Shown here piece by piece: positions 45,926 to 55,500 of a stretch of DNA of 64,000 nucleotides (position 1 is the first letter of the stretch; the number at the start of each line of letters is the position of its first letter). The position numbers and the translations under genes were made by a program. The stretch comes from an uncultured Bacilli bacterium (lineage in GTDB: Bacteria; Bacillota_I; Bacilli_A; RF39; UBA660). The stretch covers positions 31,896 to 95,895 of the forward strand of contig CAKOSN010000003.1 in the NCBI GenBank assembly GCA_934102255.1, read 5' to 3'. Under the pieces are notes generated by a model that was not told where the DNA came from, ran no database searches, and saw only the letters and a program-made list of their open reading frames with translations.

Positions 45926-47007
45926 CAGAATATCCCCTGTTCATGCATTGTTTTAAGAGCCGCAAGCAATTTATCGTAATCATTCTTAGTTAAAGCCCCT
46001 ATATGTCCTACTCTAAAGATTTTATCTTTCAAATCGCCTCCATTAGGGCAAACCCATATTTGATAATTATCTTTTAATACAGTAAATATTTCATAAGCAT
46101 TATTTTTTAAAGGATGAAGAGCACTAACCGCGTTAGAACAATTATCCGGCACAATTTCTAAAGGTAAATCTTTAATAGATTCTCGAAAATAGGCAGCCAA
46201 CTCTTTAGTATTTTGAATACTTTTTGAAACCCCACCGTTTTCATCTATTAAATGTAAGCGTTTATTTATTTGTCTTAATATTGAAACCGCAGGAGTAAAT
46301 GGTGTTTGACCTCTTTGAGCGTTTTCCAAAGCACTTTTTAAATCTAAATACATCGACTTTGATTCATTATTATATACTCTTTTAACCGCTCTATCGGCTA
46401 AGACAATAATAGAAATTCCTGGAGGACAGGCTAAGGCTTTTTGAGAACCAGTTATCATAACATCAGCATTTAATTTTTCCATATCAAATTCATCCGCTAA
46501 AAAAGCACTGATACAATCAACTATTAATAGCATATTATTTCTTTTGCAAAAATCACTTAATAAATTTATATCATATAACTCACCAGTTGATGTTTCATGA
46601 TAATTTACTAAAGCACAAGTAAAATTAGAATTTTCGTATTTTTCTATATCTTTTTTAGTAAAACCACAACCAGTATCTAACTTCAACTCTTCATAAGCAA
46701 TGCCATGTAACTGACATAACTTAACAAAGCGGGTTCCAAAACTACCCCCATTAATTATTAAGGCTTTATCTTTAGTATTTAAAACATTCATAACAGTTGC
46801 TTCCATCGCCGCTGTTCCAGAACCGGTTAAGAAAACGGCTTTGGCATCACTTGGAGCCTGGGCTAATTTTTTTATTAAAGCCTCATTTTCTAACATTATT
46901 TTAGAAAATTCTGGGGTTCTAAAATAAGGAACTTGTTCTGAACCAATCTCTAATATTTCCTCACTAGATTGAACTGGTCCAACTGTAAAATTCAACATAA
47001 AAATCAC
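45925..47007 (-). CDS. class V (AGXT/PhnW-like) pyridoxal-phosphate aminotransferase
   Basis: NFTVGPV, FLTGSGTAAMEA, and ITGSQKAL (PLP lysine). About 356 aa. Its stop overlaps the downstream start. Confidence 0.8.
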   Translation of the reverse strand: MIFMLNFTVGPVQSSEEILEIGSEQVPYFRTPEFSKIMLENEALIKKLAQAPSDAKAVFLTGSGTAAMEATVMNVLNTKDKALIINGGSFGTRFVKLCQLHGIAYEELKLDTGCGFTKKDIEKYENSNFTCALVNYHETSTGELYDINLLSDFCKRNNMLLIVDCISAFLADEFDMEKLNADVMITGSQKALACPPGISIIVLADRAVKRVYNNESKSMYLDLKSALENAQRGQTPFTPAVSILRQINKRLHLIDENGGVSKSIQNTKELAAYFRESIKDLPLEIVPDNCSNAVSALHPLKNNAYEIFTVLKDNYQIWVCPNGGDLKDKIFRVGHIGALTKNDYDKLLAALKTMHEQGIF

Positions 47008-47017
47008 TCACTTCTTG

Positions 47018-47278
47018 TTATTTTTCTATTTTAATCTCATCAGATTCTACTTCTTTATTTTTATTTTCATCTATGCCTAATTTATTTTGGACATTCTTTT
47101 TAATTTTACGAAAATAAATACCGATAAAGGCTCCTACGGCAATTACAATTCCCGCCACAGCTTGAATGGCGTAAGTCATAACCGATGGATCAATATATGC
47201 CAAAGCAGTCTCACTTAACATTATAATAACTAGTAATGTATATATGGATAAAATTCCAATTTTATTTATTTTTTTCAT
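47018..47278 (-). CDS. small membrane protein
   Basis: Two hydrophobic helices followed by a charged tail. It overlaps the upstream gene by 17 nt. Confidence 0.45.
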   Translation of the reverse strand: MKKINKIGILSIYTLLVIIMLSETALAYIDPSVMTYAIQAVAGIVIAVGAFIGIYFRKIKKNVQNKLGIDENKNKEVESDEIKIEK

Positions 47279-49358
47279 TTTCTTTTTTTCTCTTTTCTAT
47301 ATTTTCTTTTACTATATCTATTAAATAAAGGGCACCCTTTTCGGCCGAATTACCTAAATTATAGATACTATCATTTAATAAATCTTCAATTTTTTTCGAA
47401 TATTCTTTTTCATTCTTAAATAAATAATCTATCGTCGCATTTATCTTCTTTAAATCATTAACTTCTAGACTTTTACCAATAATTTCTCGCGACCAAATAT
47501 TTATTGGTTCTACCTTGATATCTTTATAATTAGGATTCATTATTTTCATTGGTGTATTAATAAATACTACCGGTTTTTTGGTCGTATAAGCATACTCATA
47601 ACCAATACTTGACCAATCAGTAATTAACATATCAGCATTAAAAACAGTATCATTTTTAGAAAAATCAGTTTGAATTTCAATATTTTTATTATTCTTATAT
47701 TTTTCTTTTAATCTATCAAATTTTTCAGCAAAATGTCTTACTTCTTGAGGATGGGGTCTAACAATAATTTTATATGTCTTATTAGTTTTTAAATTATCTA
47801 TTAATTCTTCTAAACATAAATCACAAATGTTATCTTTTTGCCAAGAAGGTGCTATTAAAATGGATTTATTTTTATTTGCTTTTTTAGTATTTTTATCCTT
47901 TTTATAATCAGCAATCATATCATCTAATAAAGAATATCCCCAATTAAATACTTTATTTTCCAACCCAAATTTCTTATAAGTAGCCTCGGCTTCTAATCTT
48001 TGATATTTTCCGCAAGCAAAGAATATATCATAAGCATTTATTGATTTGTAACGCTGTGTTAAATTAATACTATCAATACCATGAGGAATAAATACATAAG
48101 TTATATCTTTTCTTATATAACTTCTTTTAAGATGATAAGAATCTAAATCAGGCATAGTCATAACTACTACATCAGCATCCATTTTCATCATTAAAGTAAT
48201 AAGTTTCTTTTCTTCTATATAATAAGGTTTAAGATTAGGATTACTTTCAGCCATTTTAAATATATTATCATTATAATCACTAGTTATATAGTGAATCACT
48301 ATATTTGTATGTTTAAGTAAATACTCAATAATTCCTTTAAAATATTTATAAAAGCCATTAGATTCTGAATAGAAAACTAAATGTTTATTAGCAATCTTAA
48401 AGAATCTTTTATAATCTTCTTTTTCTTTTTTTATTTGTTCTTTACTTCTTTTTTTAGTCTTATCGAGATTAGATAGTTCTTTTAATTCTTTAGTTGTTTT
48501 TTCTAATTCTTCATAGTTTACATATTTTTTAGGATTTATCCAAATGTTTAATAACCATTGTAAAACAACTGCAAATAAATTACTAAAAGTCCAATAAAGG
48601 GCAACACCAGCAGGAACAAAGAAACCAAGATACAATGATAATCCTACGGATAAAATAACCATTGACCATTGATTAAGTTTAGATTGTTCTTGTTGCAAAA
48701 CGTTCATAAGATTTTGACATACGCACATAATAAGAGCACTTAAGGCTGCAATTACGGGTATCCAGATGGCAATACCACCTTTACTTTCAGCAATCCAGCT
48801 CATATCAAATCCTAAGAAGTTTAAGTTTAAATCTTGGGCTTGTTTAACCGTTTCCTGATAATTATTTTTATTAGTAAAATTAGGATATTTATCTAATTTA
48901 TCAGCCTTTAAATCATTAAGAATTGTTAACTCTAGCGAAGAAGATTCCGGATTTACACTACTATCGTTTTGAATAAGATCATTTTTTAAAATAGTAACTT
49001 CTTCACTATTGATATTTAGTATATAAGTAAGAGGTTTATTAATAACTTCTACTAATCCCATTAATAAAACAATTTGAATAATAAGTGGTACTAATGAAAT
49101 TAAGGCATTATATTTTTCTTTTTTATACAGTTTTGCTGTTTCATCAGCAATTTTATCATTATCACCAAAACAATCAATTTTTATTTTATTAATACTTGGT
49201 TGCATTTTAACCATTTTAATAGAATTCTTTTGGACCCAAATACTAATTGGTAATAATATTACTTTACTAAGAAATGTAAATATTATTATTGCTACTCCAT
49301 AATTTTTACATAATGAGTAACAAAAAGACATTATTGTTCCTAAAACATTTGCTATCAT
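47262..49358 (-). CDS. fusion protein: YidC/Oxa1-type membrane insertase (N-terminal) plus TagB/TagF-type CDP-glycerol glycerophosphotransferase (C-terminal)
   Basis: YidC-like NYGVAIIIFTFLSKVILLPISIWVQKNSIKMVKMQP, KLYKKEKYN, and VPAGVALYWTFSNLFAVVLQW. The TagF-like half follows: ILIAPSWQKDN, VRPHPQ, and NADMLITDWSSIGYEYAYTTKKPVVF. Confidence 0.75.
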   Translation of the reverse strand: MIANVLGTIMSFCYSLCKNYGVAIIIFTFLSKVILLPISIWVQKNSIKMVKMQPSINKIKIDCFGDNDKIADETAKLYKKEKYNALISLVPLIIQIVLLMGLVEVINKPLTYILNINSEEVTILKNDLIQNDSSVNPESSSLELTILNDLKADKLDKYPNFTNKNNYQETVKQAQDLNLNFLGFDMSWIAESKGGIAIWIPVIAALSALIMCVCQNLMNVLQQEQSKLNQWSMVILSVGLSLYLGFFVPAGVALYWTFSNLFAVVLQWLLNIWINPKKYVNYEELEKTTKELKELSNLDKTKKRSKEQIKKEKEDYKRFFKIANKHLVFYSESNGFYKYFKGIIEYLLKHTNIVIHYITSDYNDNIFKMAESNPNLKPYYIEEKKLITLMMKMDADVVVMTMPDLDSYHLKRSYIRKDITYVFIPHGIDSINLTQRYKSINAYDIFFACGKYQRLEAEATYKKFGLENKVFNWGYSLLDDMIADYKKDKNTKKANKNKSILIAPSWQKDNICDLCLEELIDNLKTNKTYKIIVRPHPQEVRHFAEKFDRLKEKYKNNKNIEIQTDFSKNDTVFNADMLITDWSSIGYEYAYTTKKPVVFINTPMKIMNPNYKDIKVEPINIWSREIIGKSLEVNDLKKINATIDYLFKNEKEYSKKIEDLLNDSIYNLGNSAEKGALYLIDIVKENIEKRKKENEKNK

Positions 49359-49371
49359 GATTTCACCCTAT

Positions 49372-51006
49372 TTATCTATTAAATTCCTTTCCTGTTTTAA
49401 CTAAAGTATTTAAATCCCAAGCCTTACCGGTCTGAGTATATTCAACCATATGGTCTTCTTTATTAAACAAATAAAACAAATATCTTCTTTCTCTTTTATC
49501 TGTTATATCAGCAAATAACTCACCAGACTTTTTGCCGTTTAAAAGGTCAGCATAAGCATCATTTAAATCAGTATATGATATGGATTTATCAGATACTTTC
49601 ATCTTTTTGTATTCTTCGTTTTTACCTTTAATGTAAAGGATGGGATTTTGCCGTCCTTCCGCACTTACTAAACTATAACCATGATCAGCCATAATAATAA
49701 TGTTAGAATTATTATAAACATCATTGTCTTTTAATTTATTCAAATACTTTTCAATAATCTTTATACATCCTTCTAGTTTTTGATCATAGGTTCCCCCTTC
49801 ATTACTAATATAATTTACATTTTCATCCAAATCAAAAGGAACATGACCACCTTCTATATGAATAAATTTAAATTGTTTTTCAAATTTTTTAACCAATTGT
49901 TTTTCTAAATAATTATTGTAATAGTTAATATCGTTTAAATCAAAGATATCGGTATCAGCAATCTTAGTTTTATTAAAATCCATACTCTCAATATGAGAAT
50001 ATTTTTTTAAATAAAACGGTAAATATTTAAATAAGGAATACTTAATTTCTTGATTAGCAAATAAACGAAAATTGTATTTATTGTTCATAGTTAAATTTTG
50101 TATTTTTGAAGCATTTTTACTATTATATATAATCTCAGTATCATAAATATTTACATCATATTTTTTTTCATATAAATTTTTTAATAATTCAGAATTATCT
50201 AAGGCCTTGCTATAATATTTAGCAAACTCTTCTTCATTATTGTTCCATATTCCTGATAAAATAAAGGGAATCGAATCTCTTGTAAAGGGATATGTAGACA
50301 TTGTATCGGGATAATAAGTAAAATCCTTTAAAATTTTATTGTATTTTTTCTCCTGAATAATTTTATTAAACATTCTTGAATCAACTGCATCTAATAAAAA
50401 TATAATAAAATTTTCATCAACCGAATAATTTTCTAAATTCCTAGTAGTTGCCGTTACATTAATATCTTTATTTAAATTAGACGAAGTCATAGTAGTTGTT
50501 AATAAGGAAACAAGCAACATTGCTCCGATGGCTAAACTAACATATTTTAAACTAGTAATAGTTTTATCTAACTTTATTTTCTTTATTAAAACACCAGTTA
50601 CTAATGATACAGCACCTAAAACAGCAAAAGATATAATAGAGGCTTTAGTATAATTGCTCCAAATAATAGCACTCCCATCTAATGAAGGTAACATTCCGAC
50701 AAGATAATTGCCTTCAATATAGGTTGTAATAAGTAAAACAAAACCTACAATTAAGGAATATTTAAAAATTTTATCTTTTCTTATCACTTTTTTAGTAACA
50801 AAATAAGTTAGCAAATAAATAATAACAACAACAAATAAACAAATAACAAATAAAACCCCTACTACCGGTAATAAAGTATTTATATCAAACCATAAATCAT
50901 TAGGATTATTTAAAAACATAATAATTGGTTCATAAACAAACATCATAAAACTAATAATTAAACCAATAATAAAGGCTGGTAACATATCATTAACAAACTT
51001 CTTCAT
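49372..51006 (-). CDS. LtaS / phosphoglycerol-transferase-like membrane sulfatase-fold protein
   Basis: Five N-terminal TM helices, then an alkaline-phosphatase-superfamily ectodomain (IIFLLDAVDSR, IIMADHGY). Confidence 0.7.
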   Translation of the reverse strand: MKKFVNDMLPAFIIGLIISFMMFVYEPIIMFLNNPNDLWFDINTLLPVVGVLFVICLFVVVIIYLLTYFVTKKVIRKDKIFKYSLIVGFVLLITTYIEGNYLVGMLPSLDGSAIIWSNYTKASIISFAVLGAVSLVTGVLIKKIKLDKTITSLKYVSLAIGAMLLVSLLTTTMTSSNLNKDINVTATTRNLENYSVDENFIIFLLDAVDSRMFNKIIQEKKYNKILKDFTYYPDTMSTYPFTRDSIPFILSGIWNNNEEEFAKYYSKALDNSELLKNLYEKKYDVNIYDTEIIYNSKNASKIQNLTMNNKYNFRLFANQEIKYSLFKYLPFYLKKYSHIESMDFNKTKIADTDIFDLNDINYYNNYLEKQLVKKFEKQFKFIHIEGGHVPFDLDENVNYISNEGGTYDQKLEGCIKIIEKYLNKLKDNDVYNNSNIIIMADHGYSLVSAEGRQNPILYIKGKNEEYKKMKVSDKSISYTDLNDAYADLLNGKKSGELFADITDKRERRYLFYLFNKEDHMVEYTQTGKAWDLNTLVKTGKEFNR

Positions 51007-51227
51007 AATACACTTCCCACTCTTACGTACAACCTAAGTATAACACAGTAAATTATGTCCGTAAACAAAAATCACCATTACAAACCCATAGGAACTTTTA
51101 AATCTAAATACCAAAGTTTAATTTTTCATTAATTTAAACAACGTGCTCTAAACTTATATAAAATTTTTTTAAACTTTAAAAAAATCCTATACCCCTTTTT
51201 CAAGATAATATAGAATTTTAATTAATA

Positions 51228-51782
51228 TTAGATCATTTTATCTACTACCATTACTGCCGCACCAGTCTTTCTGGCAGCCTCAATTCCAACTTCGGAATCC
51301 TCAAAGATAATCGTATCTTTAGGCAAAATATTAAACCTATTAATTGCTAAATTAAATCCTTCTGGATCTGGTTTTGTTTTTTTGACATCCTCAGCGGTTA
51401 AAATTAAATCAAAACAATCTTTAGTTTTAGTATACTCTAATATTTCTAAAGTGTTTTTTTTAGAAGCAGTTGTTACCAGTGCGGTTTTATAAGTACCATG
51501 AATTAAGTTTATAATATTAAATAAGTGATTATTTACAATTACTTTATCTAAATTTTTAGCATAGAATTGTTTTTTTAAATTATGAATATCTTCAACTTTC
51601 TTTTCATCGTAATTAACTAGTTTAGGAATAAATACAGTATAATGTCTACCATTGCAATAATTACAATAATAATCATAATCAAGCTCAACATTATATTTTT
51701 CTAAAGCCTCTTTATAAGCATAATAATTAACATCGTTAGTATTAAATAAAGTACCATCCATATCAAAAATTGCTAATTTCAC
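51228..51782 (-). CDS. HAD-superfamily hydrolase (beta-phosphoglucomutase/phosphatase-like)
   Basis: AIFDMDGTLFNT (motif I), VTTASKK (motif II), FEDSEVGIEAA (motif IV). Confidence 0.85.
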   Translation of the reverse strand: MKLAIFDMDGTLFNTNDVNYYAYKEALEKYNVELDYDYYCNYCNGRHYTVFIPKLVNYDEKKVEDIHNLKKQFYAKNLDKVIVNNHLFNIINLIHGTYKTALVTTASKKNTLEILEYTKTKDCFDLILTAEDVKKTKPDPEGFNLAINRFNILPKDTIIFEDSEVGIEAARKTGAAVMVVDKMI

Positions 51783-53665
51783 TTTTCAAATCTCTCCTCT
51801 ACATCTGCTAAAACCATAATTAAACCAGCATAGAAAATAATACAACGTTCCCCATTTTTCTCTATTTTATATGGCATTAAACGTAACCAATGAATAATTT
51901 CATGATAGAAGATGCTCTTTAATCCTTCTTCTTTAAATTTGTCTAATAAATATTTAGTATATTCATTATATAACTCATAATATCTTGATGATTTAGTAAA
52001 TAGAAATTCAATTTTTTCATCATCATAAGATACTTGCTTAGTATTCATTAAAAATTCATAGCCACCATGAATAGATTGTAATAATTTACCATAATCTAGA
52101 TAAGGAGAATCATGTAAATTACCCGTATTAGGATCAATTATATAATAATTCTTAGAATTTTTTTTATTATTTTTTACACAAATTATATTTTCTATTGTTA
52201 AATCACCATGAATATCTGCATAATAATCATTTTTAAATATTTCGTAAAGATGTTCATGAGTCAAATACTTTTTATAATATGCTAAATTATGATATTTTTT
52301 ACCATTTATATAAACATAATCATTTTTTAATAATGGCTTTAAATACGTACTCTTTTCGATTTTTTCAATATTTTTATCAACTTTTGTGGAAATATATTTT
52401 TCAATTGTTTCCTTATCAGCCGGACGCCTATTTAAACTATGTAAATTTTTATCAATATCAATTAAGGCGGCTTTTAAAGTACTCCAAGCCTCTTTCATAG
52501 TTGAGGTATGAACGTAATTAAAGCAAGTTACCGCCTCTTTAACATAAGGCATATCATAACAACAAACATCATCTTTATAATACTCAAAATCAATTTTAGT
52601 TAAAGTTAACCTTTTTTCATGAGCGTGAATCCATTTTACTTGATCATATAATTTACTAGCATCTTTACCAAAAGAATATTTGCGATAAAATAAATTTCCG
52701 TCTTTATTACATAACATTGTTGTAGCATTACTACCAGCCGAATAATCTTCGATTATGGCAACATCATTATTTAGTTCAATATACTTTTTAAAATAAGCAC
52801 TATTACCACCATTAAAATATTGTTCCAAAAAAGCAAGTCTATCAGCCATATTTATATGTGGTAATATTTCAATATAATGTTTTCTAGAATCTTTATTTTT
52901 CATTTTATAAGAAATAATATACATTATCAAGGATGGTATAATACAGTATAACCCCACAATAATAATGAAGTTTTGCGAATATTTTAATATCTCAAGCAAT
53001 ACTGATGAACATAAACCATTGGTAGAGAAAAACATATTAAACATTTCATAGAATTTCATATTTATATTAAATGTGGTTAAAGATTTAGCAAGCAAGAAGC
53101 AAGATAATATATTTAAAACCCACATTGCAATAGAATATAAGGTTAATTTTGCTTTATCTAATCGAGCAACAATATTTTCAAATGAAATAATAGAAAACCA
53201 GAAAAATTTTAAAATTTTAAGTTCTAGATTATTATTAAAAAGAGAAGCTATTTTATAAACTAAAAATTTCACTTGTTTTTTTAATAATGTTAATATGATA
53301 AATGCTCCCAAAAAAATAAACAAAAGTATAATATAAAATACAGCATCTTTAACATCATTTAAAGAAAATAACCAAAAAGCAACATATATTAAACTAGCAA
53401 ATATAAAATCTAAAAATATTTCAACTACTATAGTTGCTAAAGAAAATGATGCCCCATTTTTCATTTGTTTACCATTTAAATAGCATCTAACTATATAACC
53501 TATTTTAAATGGAAAGATTACGTTTATTAGGTTTCCTATTGCTAATGCCTGCGTGAGATTAGTATAGGAAACTTTCTCATAAGGCTCAATAAACAAAGCC
53601 TGACGATAAACTTTTATTATATTAGCAATTACTATAACAATAATGGCAAGAATTAAATATATCAT
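51779..53665 (-). CDS. fusion protein: flippase-like (MprF/LPG-synthase TM-type) membrane domain plus choline/aminoglycoside-kinase-like phosphotransferase
   Basis: The N-terminal ~260 aa is polytopic. The C-terminal half carries ADIHGDLTIENII (the HxDxxxxN kinase catalytic loop) and YIIDPN. Confidence 0.65.
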   Translation of the reverse strand: MIYLILAIIVIVIANIIKVYRQALFIEPYEKVSYTNLTQALAIGNLINVIFPFKIGYIVRCYLNGKQMKNGASFSLATIVVEIFLDFIFASLIYVAFWLFSLNDVKDAVFYIILLFIFLGAFIILTLLKKQVKFLVYKIASLFNNNLELKILKFFWFSIISFENIVARLDKAKLTLYSIAMWVLNILSCFLLAKSLTTFNINMKFYEMFNMFFSTNGLCSSVLLEILKYSQNFIIIVGLYCIIPSLIMYIISYKMKNKDSRKHYIEILPHINMADRLAFLEQYFNGGNSAYFKKYIELNNDVAIIEDYSAGSNATTMLCNKDGNLFYRKYSFGKDASKLYDQVKWIHAHEKRLTLTKIDFEYYKDDVCCYDMPYVKEAVTCFNYVHTSTMKEAWSTLKAALIDIDKNLHSLNRRPADKETIEKYISTKVDKNIEKIEKSTYLKPLLKNDYVYINGKKYHNLAYYKKYLTHEHLYEIFKNDYYADIHGDLTIENIICVKNNKKNSKNYYIIDPNTGNLHDSPYLDYGKLLQSIHGGYEFLMNTKQVSYDDEKIEFLFTKSSRYYELYNEYTKYLLDKFKEEGLKSIFYHEIIHWLRLMPYKIEKNGERCIIFYAGLIMVLADVEERFEK

Positions 53666-54405
53666 TTTAGCACCCTTTTAAACCCTTCTGAATCCTTAGC
53701 CTTTTCATATTCATCTGGAGTTCCAAATGGCAAATGCAAATCACAAGTAAAATTTTTAATTATCATATGATTTTTAGCCATAACATTATAAACACCACTA
53801 ACAAAATATTCACTATAAGCACATTCTTTTAAATATTCTTCTGTACTTTTTTCAAAGATATTTTTGTTTCTAAAATAATAGGCTCCGCATATTGCTGATG
53901 TACTTATGGCTTGTTTTTCGACTGTTCTTGTAACATTACCAAATTCATTTAATTCTAAGAAAGAATACTTAGGATCATTTGAAGTAAATGTCAGTAAGGC
54001 GCCATCAACACCTGTAAAATCGCCAGCCTTACAATAGTTATAAAAATCATTGCAAAGAAATAAATGATCACAATCATTAAAGACAATTGGCATATCATCA
54101 TTTATATTTTCAACACCTTTTAAGCAAGTTAAAACGGCACCGTTTAATAATTCCGGAATTACTACTATCTTCGCATCAGGAAAATATTTTTTTATAACCT
54201 TATCAATATTAAATTCTTCAATATGTTGCTTTAAAACTACAAAAGTAACATCACTAACAGGCATAAAATTAGTAATTGATATTGTTGACCAATATAAAAA
54301 TGGATAACCATTAATTTCAATTAACGGTTTTGGCATTGTAAAACCATTTTTAAAAAATCTTGATCCAGCCCCACCCATAGGCATTATTAAATGTACTTTT
54401 TGCAT
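53662..54405 (-). CDS. LicC-like sugar/alcohol-phosphate nucleotidyltransferase
   Basis: The N-terminal IMPMGGAGSRF signature, about 247 aa. It overlaps the downstream kinase-fusion gene by 4 nt. Confidence 0.75.
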   Translation of the reverse strand: MQKVHLIMPMGGAGSRFFKNGFTMPKPLIEINGYPFLYWSTISITNFMPVSDVTFVVLKQHIEEFNIDKVIKKYFPDAKIVVIPELLNGAVLTCLKGVENINDDMPIVFNDCDHLFLCNDFYNYCKAGDFTGVDGALLTFTSNDPKYSFLELNEFGNVTRTVEKQAISTSAICGAYYFRNKNIFEKSTEEYLKECAYSEYFVSGVYNVMAKNHMIIKNFTCDLHLPFGTPDEYEKAKDSEGFKRVLK

Positions 54406-54406
54406 T

Positions 54407-55117
54407 TTACTTCATCTCCTCTAAATCTTTTTTTACTTTTTTACTACCGTCCATCATTTTTTTACTTTGTTTTAGACGGGATACAAATCCGGTATTCCAA
54501 GACGATTTGCCTTTCTCCCGATTTTTTAAATAAATTGGTAAATGATAAACGTTATAATTTTTCTTTTGTGCTAAAGCATACACATAAATATCGATAGTAA
54601 AATCAAAAGGAAAATCTGGTAAATACTCTAAAAGATCTTTATTAAAAATTACGGGCATAGCCATTACATTTGCCATTTTCTTCTTAAATAAAATAGAATC
54701 ATATACTCCCATACCGAAAGTAAAAATATATTCAATAATTTTTCTATTTTTTCTTTTTCCTTTAAGTAATAATTTCTCGTCTTTATGTTCTTCGATATAA
54801 TCAAAGAAAGTTGTTAAATCTAAAGGATTATATTGCAAATCTGAATGAAGCCAGCCAACATAATCTCCAGTGGCTTGTTTTAGACCGGCAATAATGCCAT
54901 AACCATAACCCTTATTTTTATCGACATAGACAGCCTTTAAATACTTATTATCAAACGGAATTTGTTTTTCAAATATTTCCCTACTATTATCTGTCGAACC
55001 ATTTTCTACCAGAATAAACTCTGCTTTATATTTCTTTGGAAATTTATTAATTATATTAACTAAATCCATAAGATTTTCAGCCTCATTATAACAAGGCAAA
55101 ATTATAGAATATTTCAT
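54407..55117 (-). CDS. family 2 glycosyltransferase (polyprenyl-phosphate glycosyltransferase, GtrB/CsbB-like)
   Basis: YSIILPCYNEAENL, VENGSTDNS, and GDYVGWLHSDLQ (DxD-like). It is followed by a GtrA-family gene. Confidence 0.8.
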   Translation of the reverse strand: MKYSIILPCYNEAENLMDLVNIINKFPKKYKAEFILVENGSTDNSREIFEKQIPFDNKYLKAVYVDKNKGYGYGIIAGLKQATGDYVGWLHSDLQYNPLDLTTFFDYIEEHKDEKLLLKGKRKNRKIIEYIFTFGMGVYDSILFKKKMANVMAMPVIFNKDLLEYLPDFPFDFTIDIYVYALAQKKNYNVYHLPIYLKNREKGKSSWNTGFVSRLKQSKKMMDGSKKVKKDLEEMK

Positions 55118-55500
55118 TTTTTAACTTCCTTCTTAAAAACAATAATTTTTTGACTAAAATAATTTACAATCATAGCCGTTGCTGTTGCTATAACAAAAGA
55201 TACTAACTTGTTATTTGTTAAAGTATATATAATAGTATTTATACTAGTATTAACAAATATATTTAATAATTGAGCCCCAATATATTTTATTATCATAGCC
55301 TTATTTATTTTTTCTCCATTTTCAAAAGTCCAATTCTTATTAAGAAAAAAAGAATAAATAGAGGCCATACCCATTGAAATCATTTTAGATAAAGATACAG
55401 AAAGCCAGTTACTAAGTAACATATATAAGCAAAAATCAATTAAAGTACTACTGGCTCCTGACAAGATAAATTTAAACTCACTTTTGTATCGTTGAACCAC
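55114..55500 (-). CDS. GtrA family membrane protein
   Basis: 128 aa with four TM helices, FILSGASSTLIDF at the N-terminus, and pairing with the GtrB-like GT2. Confidence 0.75.
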   Translation of the reverse strand: MVQRYKSEFKFILSGASSTLIDFCLYMLLSNWLSVSLSKMISMGMASIYSFFLNKNWTFENGEKINKAMIIKYIGAQLLNIFVNTSINTIIYTLTNNKLVSFVIATATAMIVNYFSQKIIVFKKEVKK

